64,000 bases of DNA from an uncultured Syntrophaceae bacterium (lineage in GTDB: Bacteria > Desulfobacterota > Syntrophia > Syntrophales > PHBD01): contig CAZODI010000008.1 in assembly GCA_964578535.1 (NCBI GenBank), forward strand, positions 1,815-65,814. Direction: 5' to 3'. Position 1 is the first letter of the stretch. Every line of letters begins with the position of its first letter. The notes under the pieces are model-generated. The model was not told the DNA's origin, did no database searches, and saw only the letters and a program-made list of their open reading frames with translations. The position numbers were made by a program, and so were the translations under genes. Positions 20,666 to 30,083 of this stretch are shown here, one piece after another.

Positions 20666-21067
20666 ATGGGAATTTTGAGCAGCAAGAGGCATTTTTCGGG
20701 AATCGCGGTGTTGGTCCTGGTCGTATGCGGGCTTTTCATCCTGGCGGGATGCGGCAGCAAGTCGAACATCCCCGTAACCGGCGAGTACCAGGCCGTTTTC
20801 ATGGACACGGGACAGGTCTTCTTCGGCAAGATGGAGAACGCCGGCTCGGACTACCCGGTCCTGAAGAACGTTTTTTACATCCGCCAGCAGACCAACCCCG
20901 AAACAAAGGAAATGAAGAGCGTCCTGATCCGCCGCGGCAACGAGTGGCACGCGCCGGACCGGATGATCATCAACGCGAGGCACATCGCTGCCATCGAGCC
21001 GGTGGGCGCGGATTCGCAGGTGGCGAAGCTGATCAGGGAAGCCGAGGCCAAGCCGGCGGCAAAGTAA
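20666..21067 (+). CDS. Conserved hypothetical lipoprotein, possible Sm-like fold
   Basis: RBS GAAGGAG; LAGC lipobox; YQAVFMDTGQVFFGK...L..VFYI...GNEWHAP..MIIN..HI..IEP. Confidence 0.75.
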   Translation: MGILSSKRHFSGIAVLVLVVCGLFILAGCGSKSNIPVTGEYQAVFMDTGQVFFGKMENAGSDYPVLKNVFYIRQQTNPETKEMKSVLIRRGNEWHAPDRMIINARHIAAIEPVGADSQVAKLIREAEAKPAAK

Positions 21068-21074
21068 GTGAGAA

Positions 21075-21105
21075 AAACAAATCAGATTTGAAATCGGATT
21101 TGTTT
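21075..21105. terminator. Hairpin between convergent genes
   Basis: AAACAAATCAGAT-ttgaa-ATCGGATTTGTTT, one mismatch. Confidence 0.55.
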
Positions 21106-21132
21106 ATCCGCTTCTTTCTTCATTCCTCCCGG

Positions 21133-22074
21133 TTATTTTCCCTTGTCCGCCTTCTCAAGGACCATCCGGATCGCCTCCTCCAGGGCGCGGTTGAACTCCT
21201 CCGGGCGGTTCATCATCAGGAAGTGATCCGCGTTCTTGAGGACAATGGCATCGAAGGACAGCATGTGCCGCCGGTTCGCCTCGTAGTTGACGGGCCAGAG
21301 GTCCCCGTTCACGCCGACGACGGGCAAACGGACCTGTCCGAAGACCCGGGCCGCGTCCCCCGTGACGTACTGCATCATCAGCTCGTTCATGGCACTCAGG
21401 GCCACATCCGGCGGGGCCGCCGACATGTCCGCGAGAATCCACTCGCGAAGCCGCTGATCGGTCCGGGGCGAGATCATCTGCCCAACGAACTGCCGGCTCC
21501 CGGCCCGGAAATCCTTCTTCAGGGGGGCGGTCATCGTTTCGAGCACTTCGCGGGTCATGGGGTGCTCGACGTTTTTGAGCGTGTCGACGCCGATCAGGCC
21601 GGCGACCCGGCCGGGCAGCAGGCGCGCGGCCTCCGCGACCACCGAGCCGCCCATGGAATGGCCGATCAGGATGACGCGGCGGCTGCCCGCGGCCTCGACC
21701 ACGGCCCGCACGTCCTCCCCGAAAGCGCCCATGGTGTACTTCGTCCGCCCCATGCCCGAGTGGCCGTGCCCCGCCAGGTCGAGAACCACCACGCGGTGCG
21801 TCCGGGAAAAGAACGGCACCTGCTCGCGCCAGTAGCGGGCGTCGCAGCTCCAGCCGTGGACGAACACCAGGGCCGGCTCCCCCGCGCCATAGACCTCATA
21901 GGAAATCGGCGTGCCGTCGCCGGACAGGGCGACATGGGGCCAGTCCGCCGGGGCAGCTGACACCGTCCCGATCGCCATGACCAGGAACACGATGCAGCCT
22001 GCCAGGCATATGAAATATTTCGGGGCCGATCGGAGGCGGCGTTCCGCCGTCACCGCGGTGTCGTGTACACTCAT
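21133..22074 (-). CDS. Alpha/beta hydrolase
   Basis: FVHGWS oxyanion motif, GHSMGG nucleophile elbow, DHFLMM; start after AGGAGA RBS. Confidence 0.9.
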   Translation of the reverse strand: MSVHDTAVTAERRLRSAPKYFICLAGCIVFLVMAIGTVSAAPADWPHVALSGDGTPISYEVYGAGEPALVFVHGWSCDARYWREQVPFFSRTHRVVVLDLAGHGHSGMGRTKYTMGAFGEDVRAVVEAAGSRRVILIGHSMGGSVVAEAARLLPGRVAGLIGVDTLKNVEHPMTREVLETMTAPLKKDFRAGSRQFVGQMISPRTDQRLREWILADMSAAPPDVALSAMNELMMQYVTGDAARVFGQVRLPVVGVNGDLWPVNYEANRRHMLSFDAIVLKNADHFLMMNRPEEFNRALEEAIRMVLEKADKGK

Positions 22075-22177
22075 TCTCCTGTCCCTCCCTCCGCCCGCGG
22101 GCGGCATTCATTGCTTATTTCCAGGAACACCGGCCGGACCTTCGGCGACAGGTTCCCCTCTTTCCCGGAACGGCGGA

Positions 22178-22717
22178 TCAGGACGCGGCCGCCTCGGCGA
22201 ATTCGAAGACGAAGTCCCCCTCGCATGTGTCGCCCGACTGCATCCGGCAGCCGGTGATCTCCGGCGTCGCTGTGTACTTCAGGCCAAGGGCGTCGAACCA
22301 GCAGGCCAGCCGGTAGATGACCCCGCATTCGTATCCATCGATCGCCCCGATGCGAACCATCCCCTTGTAGGCGAAACAATTCTTCGGGGCGAACTCCCAG
22401 TGCAGCGTGTTCTCGCGGTCCGTGTCGAACCGGCCGTTCATGAACGGCGGGACACACAGCCTGGCGGCGCCGGAGAAGAATTTTTTGAATTCCTCGAAGG
22501 ACACCATTTTCTCCGCGGCCATGCCCAGTGCCTTTTTCATCCTGGCCATCTCCAGGGGCGCCATGGACCGGATCGCCGCTTTGTTGACCCGGTTGGCCGT
22601 TTCGATGCCGCATTCCCGGAAGCAGTTGTAGAACCACATCCCGTCATGGGTCATCCAGGAGCGGTTCAGAAACTCGATGATCTCGTCCTTCGTCATGGTA
22701 TCGACGACGCTGTTCAT
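22178..22717 (-). CDS. DUF6125-like protein (V4R/L-2-amino-thiazoline-like small ligand-binding fold)
   Basis: RBS GGAGGAG; W..HDGMWF, C..Y.GM, YECGVIYR..CW, terminal C...G..C. Confidence 0.65.
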   Translation of the reverse strand: MNSVVDTMTKDEIIEFLNRSWMTHDGMWFYNCFRECGIETANRVNKAAIRSMAPLEMARMKKALGMAAEKMVSFEEFKKFFSGAARLCVPPFMNGRFDTDRENTLHWEFAPKNCFAYKGMVRIGAIDGYECGVIYRLACWFDALGLKYTATPEITGCRMQSGDTCEGDFVFEFAEAAAS

Positions 22718-22791
22718 GTCGGCTCCTCCCCGATCGTCCGTTCGTTTCCGGACCCTGTCCGGTCCCGAAAGGGAGACGTTCCCCTTCCCTT

Positions 22792-23262
22792 CTACTTCTT
22801 TTCCTCAAGGTGGCGGTCGATCATCTCGCCCACGATCCTCGCGGTTTCACCGGTGATCCGCAGGCACTCGCCGTATTTCTCGCTGCCGTGGAAATTTCTC
22901 GCCTGTTCCCGGTCGCTCCAGTCCACCCCGATCAGGTCGCGGCAAAGGATGTTTCCCCGCCCGATCTCCTCCCTGAAACGTTGCAGAAATTGCTGCGAAT
23001 ACGACCACATCAGGGGGCTCTCCCGCTCCTCCTCCCGGCTGCGGCTGAACATCAGGCCGAACGCGGCGAGGGCGCCGATCACGTTCCCGCATACCTCGCC
23101 CGTCGCCGCCAGGCCCGCCCCGAAGGGCCCCATGGCCCGGACCAGCCCCTCATTCGCCTCCTGCCCCAGTTTTTCCTGCGCGACCGCAAGAACGGCCTGG
23201 CTTCAATGAAACCGCTTCAACATGATCTGGACGGCTTTCTCCCTCATTTCATCCGGCGTCAT
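22792..23262 (-). CDS. C-GCAxxG-C-C family redox selenoprotein (UGA at 23203-23205 read as Sec)
   Basis: RBS AGGAGG then MTPDEMREKAVQIMLKRFH(UGA)SQAVLAV...FGAGLAATGEVCGNVIGA...NILCRDL...ECLRITG; UGA at the family's first Cys; SECIS-like hairpin 12 nt downstream. Confidence 0.85.
23175..23190 (-). promoter_or_regulatory. Putative bacterial SECIS element
   Basis: mRNA CUUGCG-GUCG-CGCAGG stem-loop beginning 12 nt after the UGA, similar to E. coli fdhF SECIS. Confidence 0.7.
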
Positions 23263-23311
23263 GGCACCCTCCTTTTTCCTTGCGGGTGAAAACAGGTCCC
23301 TTCTCCCTTTC

Positions 23312-23782
23312 TCATGCCCCCTCTTTTCCCAGGATCATCGTGACCGTTGGGATTCCGGCGGGATTCAGACCCGCCGCGGCGGAATCCGCGAACCCGAACC
23401 GCCGGTACAGCCTCCTGGCGGGAAGCCCCTCCGGGATCGTATCGTCAAAGGTCGTCACCGCAATCGGCCGGCTTCGATCCAGGCGTCCGATCGCCTCGGA
23501 CAGCAGGGCCGCCCCCATCCCGCATCCCCGGGTCTTTCGTGAAACGGCAAGCCAGAGAATCTCGTTCGCCTCCTTCGAAACGACAATGCCTCCGCGAAAC
23601 GCAGTGTGTCCCCGTTCATCCGGCTCCTCGACACACCAGGCGATCTTCTCCTCGATCGCCCGCTTCAAGCCTTCGCGGAAGGCTGCATCGTCCACCATGG
23701 GGCCGAACAGCGGCTCGACCTCCCTCGCCAGTTCAAGCCAGTCGTTATAGTCATCCAATGTCGATACCCGTACTTTGTCCAT
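23312..23782 (-). CDS. GNAT family N-acetyltransferase
   Basis: WLAVSRKTRGCGMGAALL acetyl-CoA motif A; ARRLYRRFGF. Confidence 0.85.
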   Translation of the reverse strand: MDKVRVSTLDDYNDWLELAREVEPLFGPMVDDAAFREGLKRAIEEKIAWCVEEPDERGHTAFRGGIVVSKEANEILWLAVSRKTRGCGMGAALLSEAIGRLDRSRPIAVTTFDDTIPEGLPARRLYRRFGFADSAAAGLNPAGIPTVTMILGKEGA

Positions 23783-23834
23783 GTTATCAAATCTGCCGAT
23801 GACAATAATAATGCCAAGGTTTAAAAAACCTTCT

Positions 23835-24245
23835 TTATCTTCTTGATCTATATTTAGCTAATCCGATTAAAATAAAGAAGATTGATATGTACACTATTGC
23901 TTGTATTATAACTAAGTAGTCATTCTCTTTGTAATTGCCTGTGAAGAATATTGAAAAAGGCATGGCTAAAAATATGACCGCTATTACACGCAGTTCAAAT
24001 GGGGACAACAATCCACCTTTTGTTTTTACCCCAACAAACATACAGATCGTTTTTTTAAGACCCCAAAGACATGCGAGCATCATGAATGAACCAAGCAGTA
24101 ATGCAAAAATGGGATTATTTTCTGGTGGATATATTATTATTGTGAAAGAACCGGCGGCACACAAGAGCAAGATCAAGAATAAAACCAATGCGATGGGCAA
24201 TCTAATCCATTTTGATAATTCTTTTTCCTTAAATTCTTCCCCCAT
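23835..24245 (-). CDS. AT-rich hypothetical membrane protein (about 4 TM)
   Basis: 136-aa hydrophobic ORF in a segment with roughly 23-35% GC in lines counted; no family recognised. Confidence 0.6.
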   Translation of the reverse strand: MGEEFKEKELSKWIRLPIALVLFLILLLCAAGSFTIIIYPPENNPIFALLLGSFMMLACLWGLKKTICMFVGVKTKGGLLSPFELRVIAVIFLAMPFSIFFTGNYKENDYLVIIQAIVYISIFFILIGLAKYRSRR

Positions 24246-24568
24246 ATTTTATCCCCGACTCTTGATAAATCTTGATTATTGAGGCTACGATGATAGTTGA
24301 TTGTTCCAATCGTAGCACTGGAAAACGGATGAGCAGACTAAGCTTCATCGGATCCCATACATAATCAAGCGCTTCTTCAACATACATATCAATATGGCTC
24401 CAGATCCAAGAGCGTCATTTTCATGGTTATAACCCCTGCAGCCCCACATCGTCCTCACCAGGGACATCCAGGCAGCACCCTTATAACTCGAGAGAAAAAT
24501 CCAGGAAGGTGACTGGCCGGAAAAACGAAAATCTGCAAGCGGATCAGACTCGCTGTCCTGCCTGAGCG

Positions 24569-25042
24569 TCATCGTTTTACGGTCCGCTCGAAAAACCCCT
24601 TCTCGAAGGCGATGACCGTCATCAGCTCATTGTTCACGTCGATCGTGACGATCACGGGGAGCCCGGTGTCGTCGTCCTTCCCCGACAGGCGAACGGCGGT
24701 CCCTCTCCCTCCCGACAGGGTGAAGCCGTTCTCCTGGAGCCTCTTCGCCGTCTCGATCGCCAAGTCACCCTGGAAGAGGAAGGCGATCCCGGCCAGCGTC
24801 TCCCCCTTCTCGTAAATACAGCCTGCACTCACCAGAGGGCTCGCGCCGGTGACCCGGTACAGCTCGACCTTCAGGGGGCCCATGGTCACCATCTCGCTAG
24901 GCGCTCCCAGGATGGAGATCACCCGGGCCTTGGGCATGAGGACGCTGACCCGGTCGAGTGCGGCGAGATCCACTGCCCAGGCCGCCGTCGCCGGGATAAG
25001 GATCAGGATCACCCACAGGATCGTCCGAATTTTCTTTGTCAT
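24569..25042 (-). CDS. Secreted hypothetical protein with SmpA/BamE-like N-terminal motif
   Basis: Signal peptide ...TAAWA; RVSVLMPKARVISILGAP resembles the 'GMT..EV...LG.P' motif. Confidence 0.55.
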   Translation of the reverse strand: MTKKIRTILWVILILIPATAAWAVDLAALDRVSVLMPKARVISILGAPSEMVTMGPLKVELYRVTGASPLVSAGCIYEKGETLAGIAFLFQGDLAIETAKRLQENGFTLSGGRGTAVRLSGKDDDTGLPVIVTIDVNNELMTVIAFEKGFFERTVKR

Positions 25043-25098
25043 GCACAATTCCCTTTCCTTGCGGCAGGGTGCGGATGCGCCCGGTGCCGCAGGGTGCC

Positions 25099-25833
25099 CT
25101 ACTTGAACAGCGTGTCGATGACGTCGACCAGCCCTGCGGGATCGATGCCGACACCGACGGACGTGCTCGATTTTTCCGTGACCCTCGTCCCGTCCGGCTT
25201 GATGTACGTCCTGGACGAAGATGAGGCCTCGACTTTCTTCTCAATGGGCTTCGCGCGGGTCAGCGCCGCGCCGGCGCCCGACCGGAAGACCTCGCGGGCA
25301 AGGTTCCCGTCGTCCGTTCCCGGGACCTCGCGGGAACCTGACGGCCGTCGCTCCATTGCGGCACCGTCAGTCGAACCGGACGGGACGGAATGGCTCCTTC
25401 CGGCCATTCCCAGCGGCGTCAGGGTCATCGCGACCGCCGTCGGCGCCAGGACATAAGCCTCTCCCGTCTCCTCCTGCTCGGAGAGCGACATCATGCCGGC
25501 ACCGATTCCCATGCCGGCATCCCCGAAAAAAAGCCCCGAATCAATGCCCGATTCAATCGCTTTCAGGTAGGACTTGTCTTTCTGGTACCGCCTCTCGATC
25601 ACCACATCCTCCTGTCGGTAGTTCTCCTTGACCAGGGTCAGGATGTGGCTGCGGTTCCGCTCCAGCGCGACGCTTGCCGGCGTCTCCCCCACAAGCTGCC
25701 CGTCGGCGTAGATTCTGGCACCCATCGGGTTGGTGGAAACGGGAATGTCCTGCTTCAGGACCGGGCTGCTGCATCCGCCTGCCATCAGGACGGCCGAGGC
25801 TGCCAGGATTGCCAGTCGCATATGGATTTTCAT
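25099..25833 (-). CDS. PEGA domain lipoprotein
   Basis: AGGC lipobox; VSTNPMGARIYADGQLVGETP...HILTLVKENY. Confidence 0.8.
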   Translation of the reverse strand: MKIHMRLAILAASAVLMAGGCSSPVLKQDIPVSTNPMGARIYADGQLVGETPASVALERNRSHILTLVKENYRQEDVVIERRYQKDKSYLKAIESGIDSGLFFGDAGMGIGAGMMSLSEQEETGEAYVLAPTAVAMTLTPLGMAGRSHSVPSGSTDGAAMERRPSGSREVPGTDDGNLAREVFRSGAGAALTRAKPIEKKVEASSSSRTYIKPDGTRVTEKSSTSVGVGIDPAGLVDVIDTLFK

Positions 25834-25950
25834 CGGTTTTGTATCTCCTCGTTTTGCCGGTCCGCCTCTCCGCTGCAAGGAACACGGGCGGACAGGCTGA
25901 ACGTCCCGCCGGCAATGGCGGGCCGGTGACGATCCGGAAGGGTTTGCATC

Positions 25951-27006
25951 CTAAGCGACGACCCCGTCCGCCCGGGCGCCGCTGATGACAATGGCCCGGT
26001 CGGTATCCCGGACGGACTCCGCCGCCGGGCAGTTGAGCATCGGACGCCCCTCGCGGACAACCCCGATGACCGTGTGGCCGTTGGCAAGACCCCACTTGAC
26101 GAGCTCCCCGTACTCCCACCGCGCCATTTTCCGGATGGGCACGAAGTAGATCTGGTGTCCCCCGAGGTCGCTGACCAGGTCTTTGACGACGTCGTGGATG
26201 CCGGGGTCCTGAAGCTCCTGGATGATCAGGCCAGCGGCCAGCTCCGCGGCACAGACGACGCTGTCGGCGCCGGCGAGGCGCAGCTGCTCGATCTTCTCCG
26301 CGCTGACCGCCTCCACCACGGAAAAGAGCCGGGGATTCAGGCTCTCAATGACGAGGGTGACGGCCAGATTCCGGTCGTCGGAATGGACGTCTGCGGGGTC
26401 CTTCACCAGGACGATCGCGTGGCTCGCCCCGGCGACATTCGCCCGCCGCAGGATCTCCTGCCGGGTCGGATCGCCCCGGAGGAACAGGACGCCCCGGGCA
26501 TGAAGCTCCGCCGGGAGTTCATCCAGGGTGTCGTCGATGAGGCAGATGTCCCGGTCCCGCGTCAGCGGGTCGGCCTTCAGCTCCCGGACGAGTTTCAGCA
26601 CCTGGTCGATCTGGTTGTAATTGACGATCAGGACATGGTTTTTCGCAGTGATGTCGATCATCCCTTTCAGCCTCCTGGAGCGGGTTTCAAGGATGGTCCC
26701 GGCGATCTCGGAGATCAGGTATCCCAGGAAACCGATGCCGAAGACCATCGCCGGCACGCCGACGAGATATCGCCCCCCCGGCGTCACGGGGAAGACGTCC
26801 CCGTAGCCGACGGTCGCCATGGTCACCAGGGACCACCAGAGGGCATCCAGCCAGTTCAAATCGGGTTTTCCCGGAAGCTCGAAATACAGGAACCCCGAGG
26901 AGGTGTACCAGAGGAGCAGGACGAAGACCGCGGCGGCCTTGACCTTCATGTTCAGCGCAGCCAGAGCCCGGCCTCTTCTCCAGAATCGCAGGAGGATCTG
27001 ATACAC
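25951..27006 (-). CDS. Two-TM potassium channel with RCK/TrkA-N domain (MthK-like)
   Basis: WWSLVTMATVGYGD selectivity filter; RCK motif GDPT...L.RAN...A..AIV. Confidence 0.92.
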   Translation of the reverse strand: MYQILLRFWRRGRALAALNMKVKAAAVFVLLLWYTSSGFLYFELPGKPDLNWLDALWWSLVTMATVGYGDVFPVTPGGRYLVGVPAMVFGIGFLGYLISEIAGTILETRSRRLKGMIDITAKNHVLIVNYNQIDQVLKLVRELKADPLTRDRDICLIDDTLDELPAELHARGVLFLRGDPTRQEILRRANVAGASHAIVLVKDPADVHSDDRNLAVTLVIESLNPRLFSVVEAVSAEKIEQLRLAGADSVVCAAELAAGLIIQELQDPGIHDVVKDLVSDLGGHQIYFVPIRKMARWEYGELVKWGLANGHTVIGVVREGRPMLNCPAAESVRDTDRAIVISGARADGVVA

Positions 27007-27008
27007 CG

Positions 27009-27608
27009 TCAGTCTCCTTTCATCCGTTCCGCGTCCCAGAGGCTCTTCAACTGGCCGGACCGGAAGGCCAGTTGCCGGTCCGCCCAGAGGCCCTCCCTGT
27101 CCTGCATGGCCTTTTCCTGTGCCAGCAGGTAGGGACTCATCCTGGAGAAGGGGTATTTCGTGTAGGCCAGGGACAGGCCGCGGGCGATCATCTCCATTCC
27201 GACATCGGCACCGTCCCTGTGCAGATAGGCGAGAAGCCGCTTCCGGGAGTCATACTTCAGCTCGTCGAAGACGATTTCCACATTCTGATTGCGCAGGGTC
27301 CGGTCCAGGTGGAGAAAGGCCTGCCGGGCCACGGGCTTGACCAGGGGATCGTCGGCGGTCGTGTCGTAGGAGTACATCCCGAGAAGCCGGACCCTCACGG
27401 ACTCCTCCCCCGTCCGGACGGTCACCTCGTCGCCGTCGATGATGTTTGTGACGACTCCGGTCTGGCCGCTTCGGAGGCCCGGAGCGGCGGTGCCGGACCC
27501 CAGTCCTTTCTTGAAGGCGACCACCTGGACCGTGAAGTAAAGCGAGGCCCCGAAGAGGACGATGACAAGTGTGACGAAGAGGTTGTAAAGGCGGTTTCTC
27601 ATGGTCAT
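27009..27608 (-). CDS. Membrane-anchored thermonuclease (SNase) family protein, altered active site
   Basis: N-terminal TM; IIDGDEV, VRLLG, KRLLAYL, MIARGLS, A....GLW. Confidence 0.8.
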   Translation of the reverse strand: MTMRNRLYNLFVTLVIVLFGASLYFTVQVVAFKKGLGSGTAAPGLRSGQTGVVTNIIDGDEVTVRTGEESVRVRLLGMYSYDTTADDPLVKPVARQAFLHLDRTLRNQNVEIVFDELKYDSRKRLLAYLHRDGADVGMEMIARGLSLAYTKYPFSRMSPYLLAQEKAMQDREGLWADRQLAFRSGQLKSLWDAERMKGD

Positions 27609-27660
27609 GGCCCGGATGACACGAGGGATTCCTTCATGAACGGGGGCTTCCCGGCCATCG

Positions 27661-28605
27661 CTATTTCTTCTTCATCCCCACCGCGATCTGTTTCGCCCGG
27701 TTGAACGCCGGGGTATTCGTGACGGCTTTCCGGTCGGGGCTCTTCGCGGCCAGCTCGTTCATCTGCCGCACACGCTCCTCGCTGGGCGGGTGCGTACTCA
27801 ACGCGTCGGAGAGGCTTCGCGACACGGCTCCGTCCCCCTGCTTCGACTTCTTTTCCATGGCAAGGAGCTTTTCGTAGAATTTCCCGACCTGATCCTTGTC
27901 ATACCCGGCTGCTACAGAATACCGGAACCCGAGGCGGTCCGCCTCCATCTCGTCTTCCCGGGAGTTCACCAGGAAGGTGTATTTCTGTGCCAGCATGCCG
28001 CCCCCGGCACCGACCACCCCGCCCACGGCCGCCGCCTTGGCGAGGCAGGCCGTGTCGCCCTTTTCACAGATCAGGACCCCCAGGCCGAGGCCGGCCGCCG
28101 CACCCACCACAGCCCCGCCCGTCGCGTAGAGCCAGGTTTTCTTCTGGGCCTTCTCCATCGCAAACATCCGCTCCGCCGAATGCCTGGCGACGACATGGCC
28201 GACCTCATGGGAGACGACCCCGGCCAGCTCCGCCTCGTTGGACGCCATGGCGATCAGGGGCGCCGTCACGAAGATCGTTCCCGCCGGCATCGCAAAGGCG
28301 TTGACGTCGACGACGTCTACGACGGTGAAGGTATAGTGGTAGGGATTGCCCTCCAGGTTATTCGCCCGGACGATCTTCGCGCCCAGGCCGGACACGTACC
28401 GCTGGAGCTCGTCGTGTTTCGCCGGCGGATAGTCTTTGACCATCTTGGGCAAGGCTTCCTGCGTCAGCCGCCGCTCGTCTTCCACGGTCAGACTGGTTTC
28501 CTGCCCCACGTTGCTGCCCTCGCGATAGCGCGAGCTGCTCGTGGGGGCGCAGGCGACGATCAGCACCAGAAGCAGTACGACAATCAGGGTAGGGTTCCTT
28601 TTCAT
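27661..28605 (-). CDS. M48 family metalloprotease lipoprotein (BepA/LoiP-like)
   Basis: IVAC lipobox; VNAFAMPAG, ELAGVVSHEVGH, SREDEMEAD, STHPPSEER. Confidence 0.92.
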   Translation of the reverse strand: MKRNPTLIVVLLLVLIVACAPTSSSRYREGSNVGQETSLTVEDERRLTQEALPKMVKDYPPAKHDELQRYVSGLGAKIVRANNLEGNPYHYTFTVVDVVDVNAFAMPAGTIFVTAPLIAMASNEAELAGVVSHEVGHVVARHSAERMFAMEKAQKKTWLYATGGAVVGAAAGLGLGVLICEKGDTACLAKAAAVGGVVGAGGGMLAQKYTFLVNSREDEMEADRLGFRYSVAAGYDKDQVGKFYEKLLAMEKKSKQGDGAVSRSLSDALSTHPPSEERVRQMNELAAKSPDRKAVTNTPAFNRAKQIAVGMKKK

Positions 28606-28744
28606 GATTTACACCTCCCGGCGCGGCATCGCGCCCGGTTCCTGCCTGTGATCTGTCCAGTTTCCCGGTTTATGCGGCCTGTCACAGGTTATCCCCGACC
28701 AGGGCCGTCCTGTCAAGGTTTCGATGCGCTCCCGCGAGGCAGGG

Positions 28745-30013
28745 TCAATGTTGCTTTTTGCCGGCTTGTCCCGCCTCAGGGGACTTCTTCTTTTTTCTTT
28801 TTTTCAGGAGCCGCGCCTCGTGCTCCAGGATCATCGACTGCAGATCGTTTTCCCCACCGGAGAGGCCGGTGGGCCCGGCATAGTCCTCCCTGTCAATCCG
28901 GATCACCTCGATCTCCCGGTTCAGGAACCGCCGGATCTCGTCCAGGAGCGGCTTCTCCCCGGCGCTGCAGAGCGAGAAGGCCACCCCCTTCTTCACGCCC
29001 CGCCCGGTCCGTCCCACCCGGTGGACGTAGTTCTCCGCCCGCTCCGGCAGATCGTAGTTGATGACGAAATCGACGCCGGGGACGTCGATCCCCCGTGCAC
29101 TGACGTCCGTGGCAACGAGGATGCCGCACTCCCCGTCCCGGAAGCGCTTCATGACGGCGGTTCGCTCGTCCTGGTCCTTGGCACCGTGAATGGAGAGCGC
29201 GGGAATCCCGGCCCTCTCCAGGACCTTCACGACCCGCTCCGCGCGGACGCGGGTCCTGACAAAGACAATGAGCCTGCTGTCAGGATGCTCCCGGACGAAT
29301 CGCTCCAGGAAAAACCGCTTGTCGTCCATCTCCACGAACACGACTGCGTGGGAGACGTTTTTCGAAACGGGATCGTCGGGAGAAAACTGGATCCGGATGG
29401 CGTTGCTTTTCACCTGTGAAAACGCAAGCTTCTTGATCGCCGGGTTGATGGTGGCCGAGAAGAACAGGGTCTGGTGCGGCCGGGTGAGTTTTCTCTTCAC
29501 CGACTGGATGTCCCGGATGAATCCCAGGTCCAGCATGCGGTCGGCCTCGTCGAGAACAAGCGTGTCGATGCCGTCCAGGCGGAGGTGTCCCTGGTGGATG
29601 AGGTCGAACATCCGCCCCGGGGTTGCCACGAGGACATCGATGCCGCCCTGGAGCCGCCGGACCTGCGAGTCCTGCTCCACGCCGCCGTGCAGCGCAAACG
29701 CCTTCACGCCGGTGTGCCTGGCAAGGCTGGTGAATACCTCGCCGATCTGCAGGGCCAACTCGCGGGTCGGCACCATGACGAGGCACCGGATACCGCCGGA
29801 GCGCCGGCTGCTCCTGGTACGCTGGATCCGGTCCACAATGGGGATGGCGAAGGCCGCGGTTTTTCCCGTTCCCGTCTGGGCGACGGCCAGGACGTCCTCC
29901 CCGTTCAGGATGGAGGGGATGGCCCGGAACTGGATGTCCGTCGGTTTCCGGAAGCCCAACCGGGCCAGGTTTTCCTTGATCTCCTCGGAGATGCGGTACG
30001 TCTCGAATTTCAT
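28745..30013 (-). CDS. DEAD-box RNA helicase (RhlE-like)
   Basis: PTDIQ, AQTGTGKT, PTRELALQ, DEAD, SAT, HRVGRTGR; start MKFETY. Confidence 0.95.
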   Translation of the reverse strand: MKFETYRISEEIKENLARLGFRKPTDIQFRAIPSILNGEDVLAVAQTGTGKTAAFAIPIVDRIQRTRSSRRSGGIRCLVMVPTRELALQIGEVFTSLARHTGVKAFALHGGVEQDSQVRRLQGGIDVLVATPGRMFDLIHQGHLRLDGIDTLVLDEADRMLDLGFIRDIQSVKRKLTRPHQTLFFSATINPAIKKLAFSQVKSNAIRIQFSPDDPVSKNVSHAVVFVEMDDKRFFLERFVREHPDSRLIVFVRTRVRAERVVKVLERAGIPALSIHGAKDQDERTAVMKRFRDGECGILVATDVSARGIDVPGVDFVINYDLPERAENYVHRVGRTGRGVKKGVAFSLCSAGEKPLLDEIRRFLNREIEVIRIDREDYAGPTGLSGGENDLQSMILEHEARLLKKRKKKKSPEAGQAGKKQH

Positions 30014-30083
30014 GATCCCTCCCGGACCGGGCGCCCCCAATGGCTGCAGGCGAACCGCCGTTTCGTCATGTGTGGAGTCCGTC

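Noticed and set aside
22792-23133. 113-aa ORF taken as the complete gene
   Set aside because: It lacks the family's N-terminal helix and first Cys position; UGA read-through from 23262 explains it better.
24345-24572. 75-aa ORF overlapping the upstream stop codon
   Set aside because: No protein-like features; runs through the inverted repeat and the composition boundary.
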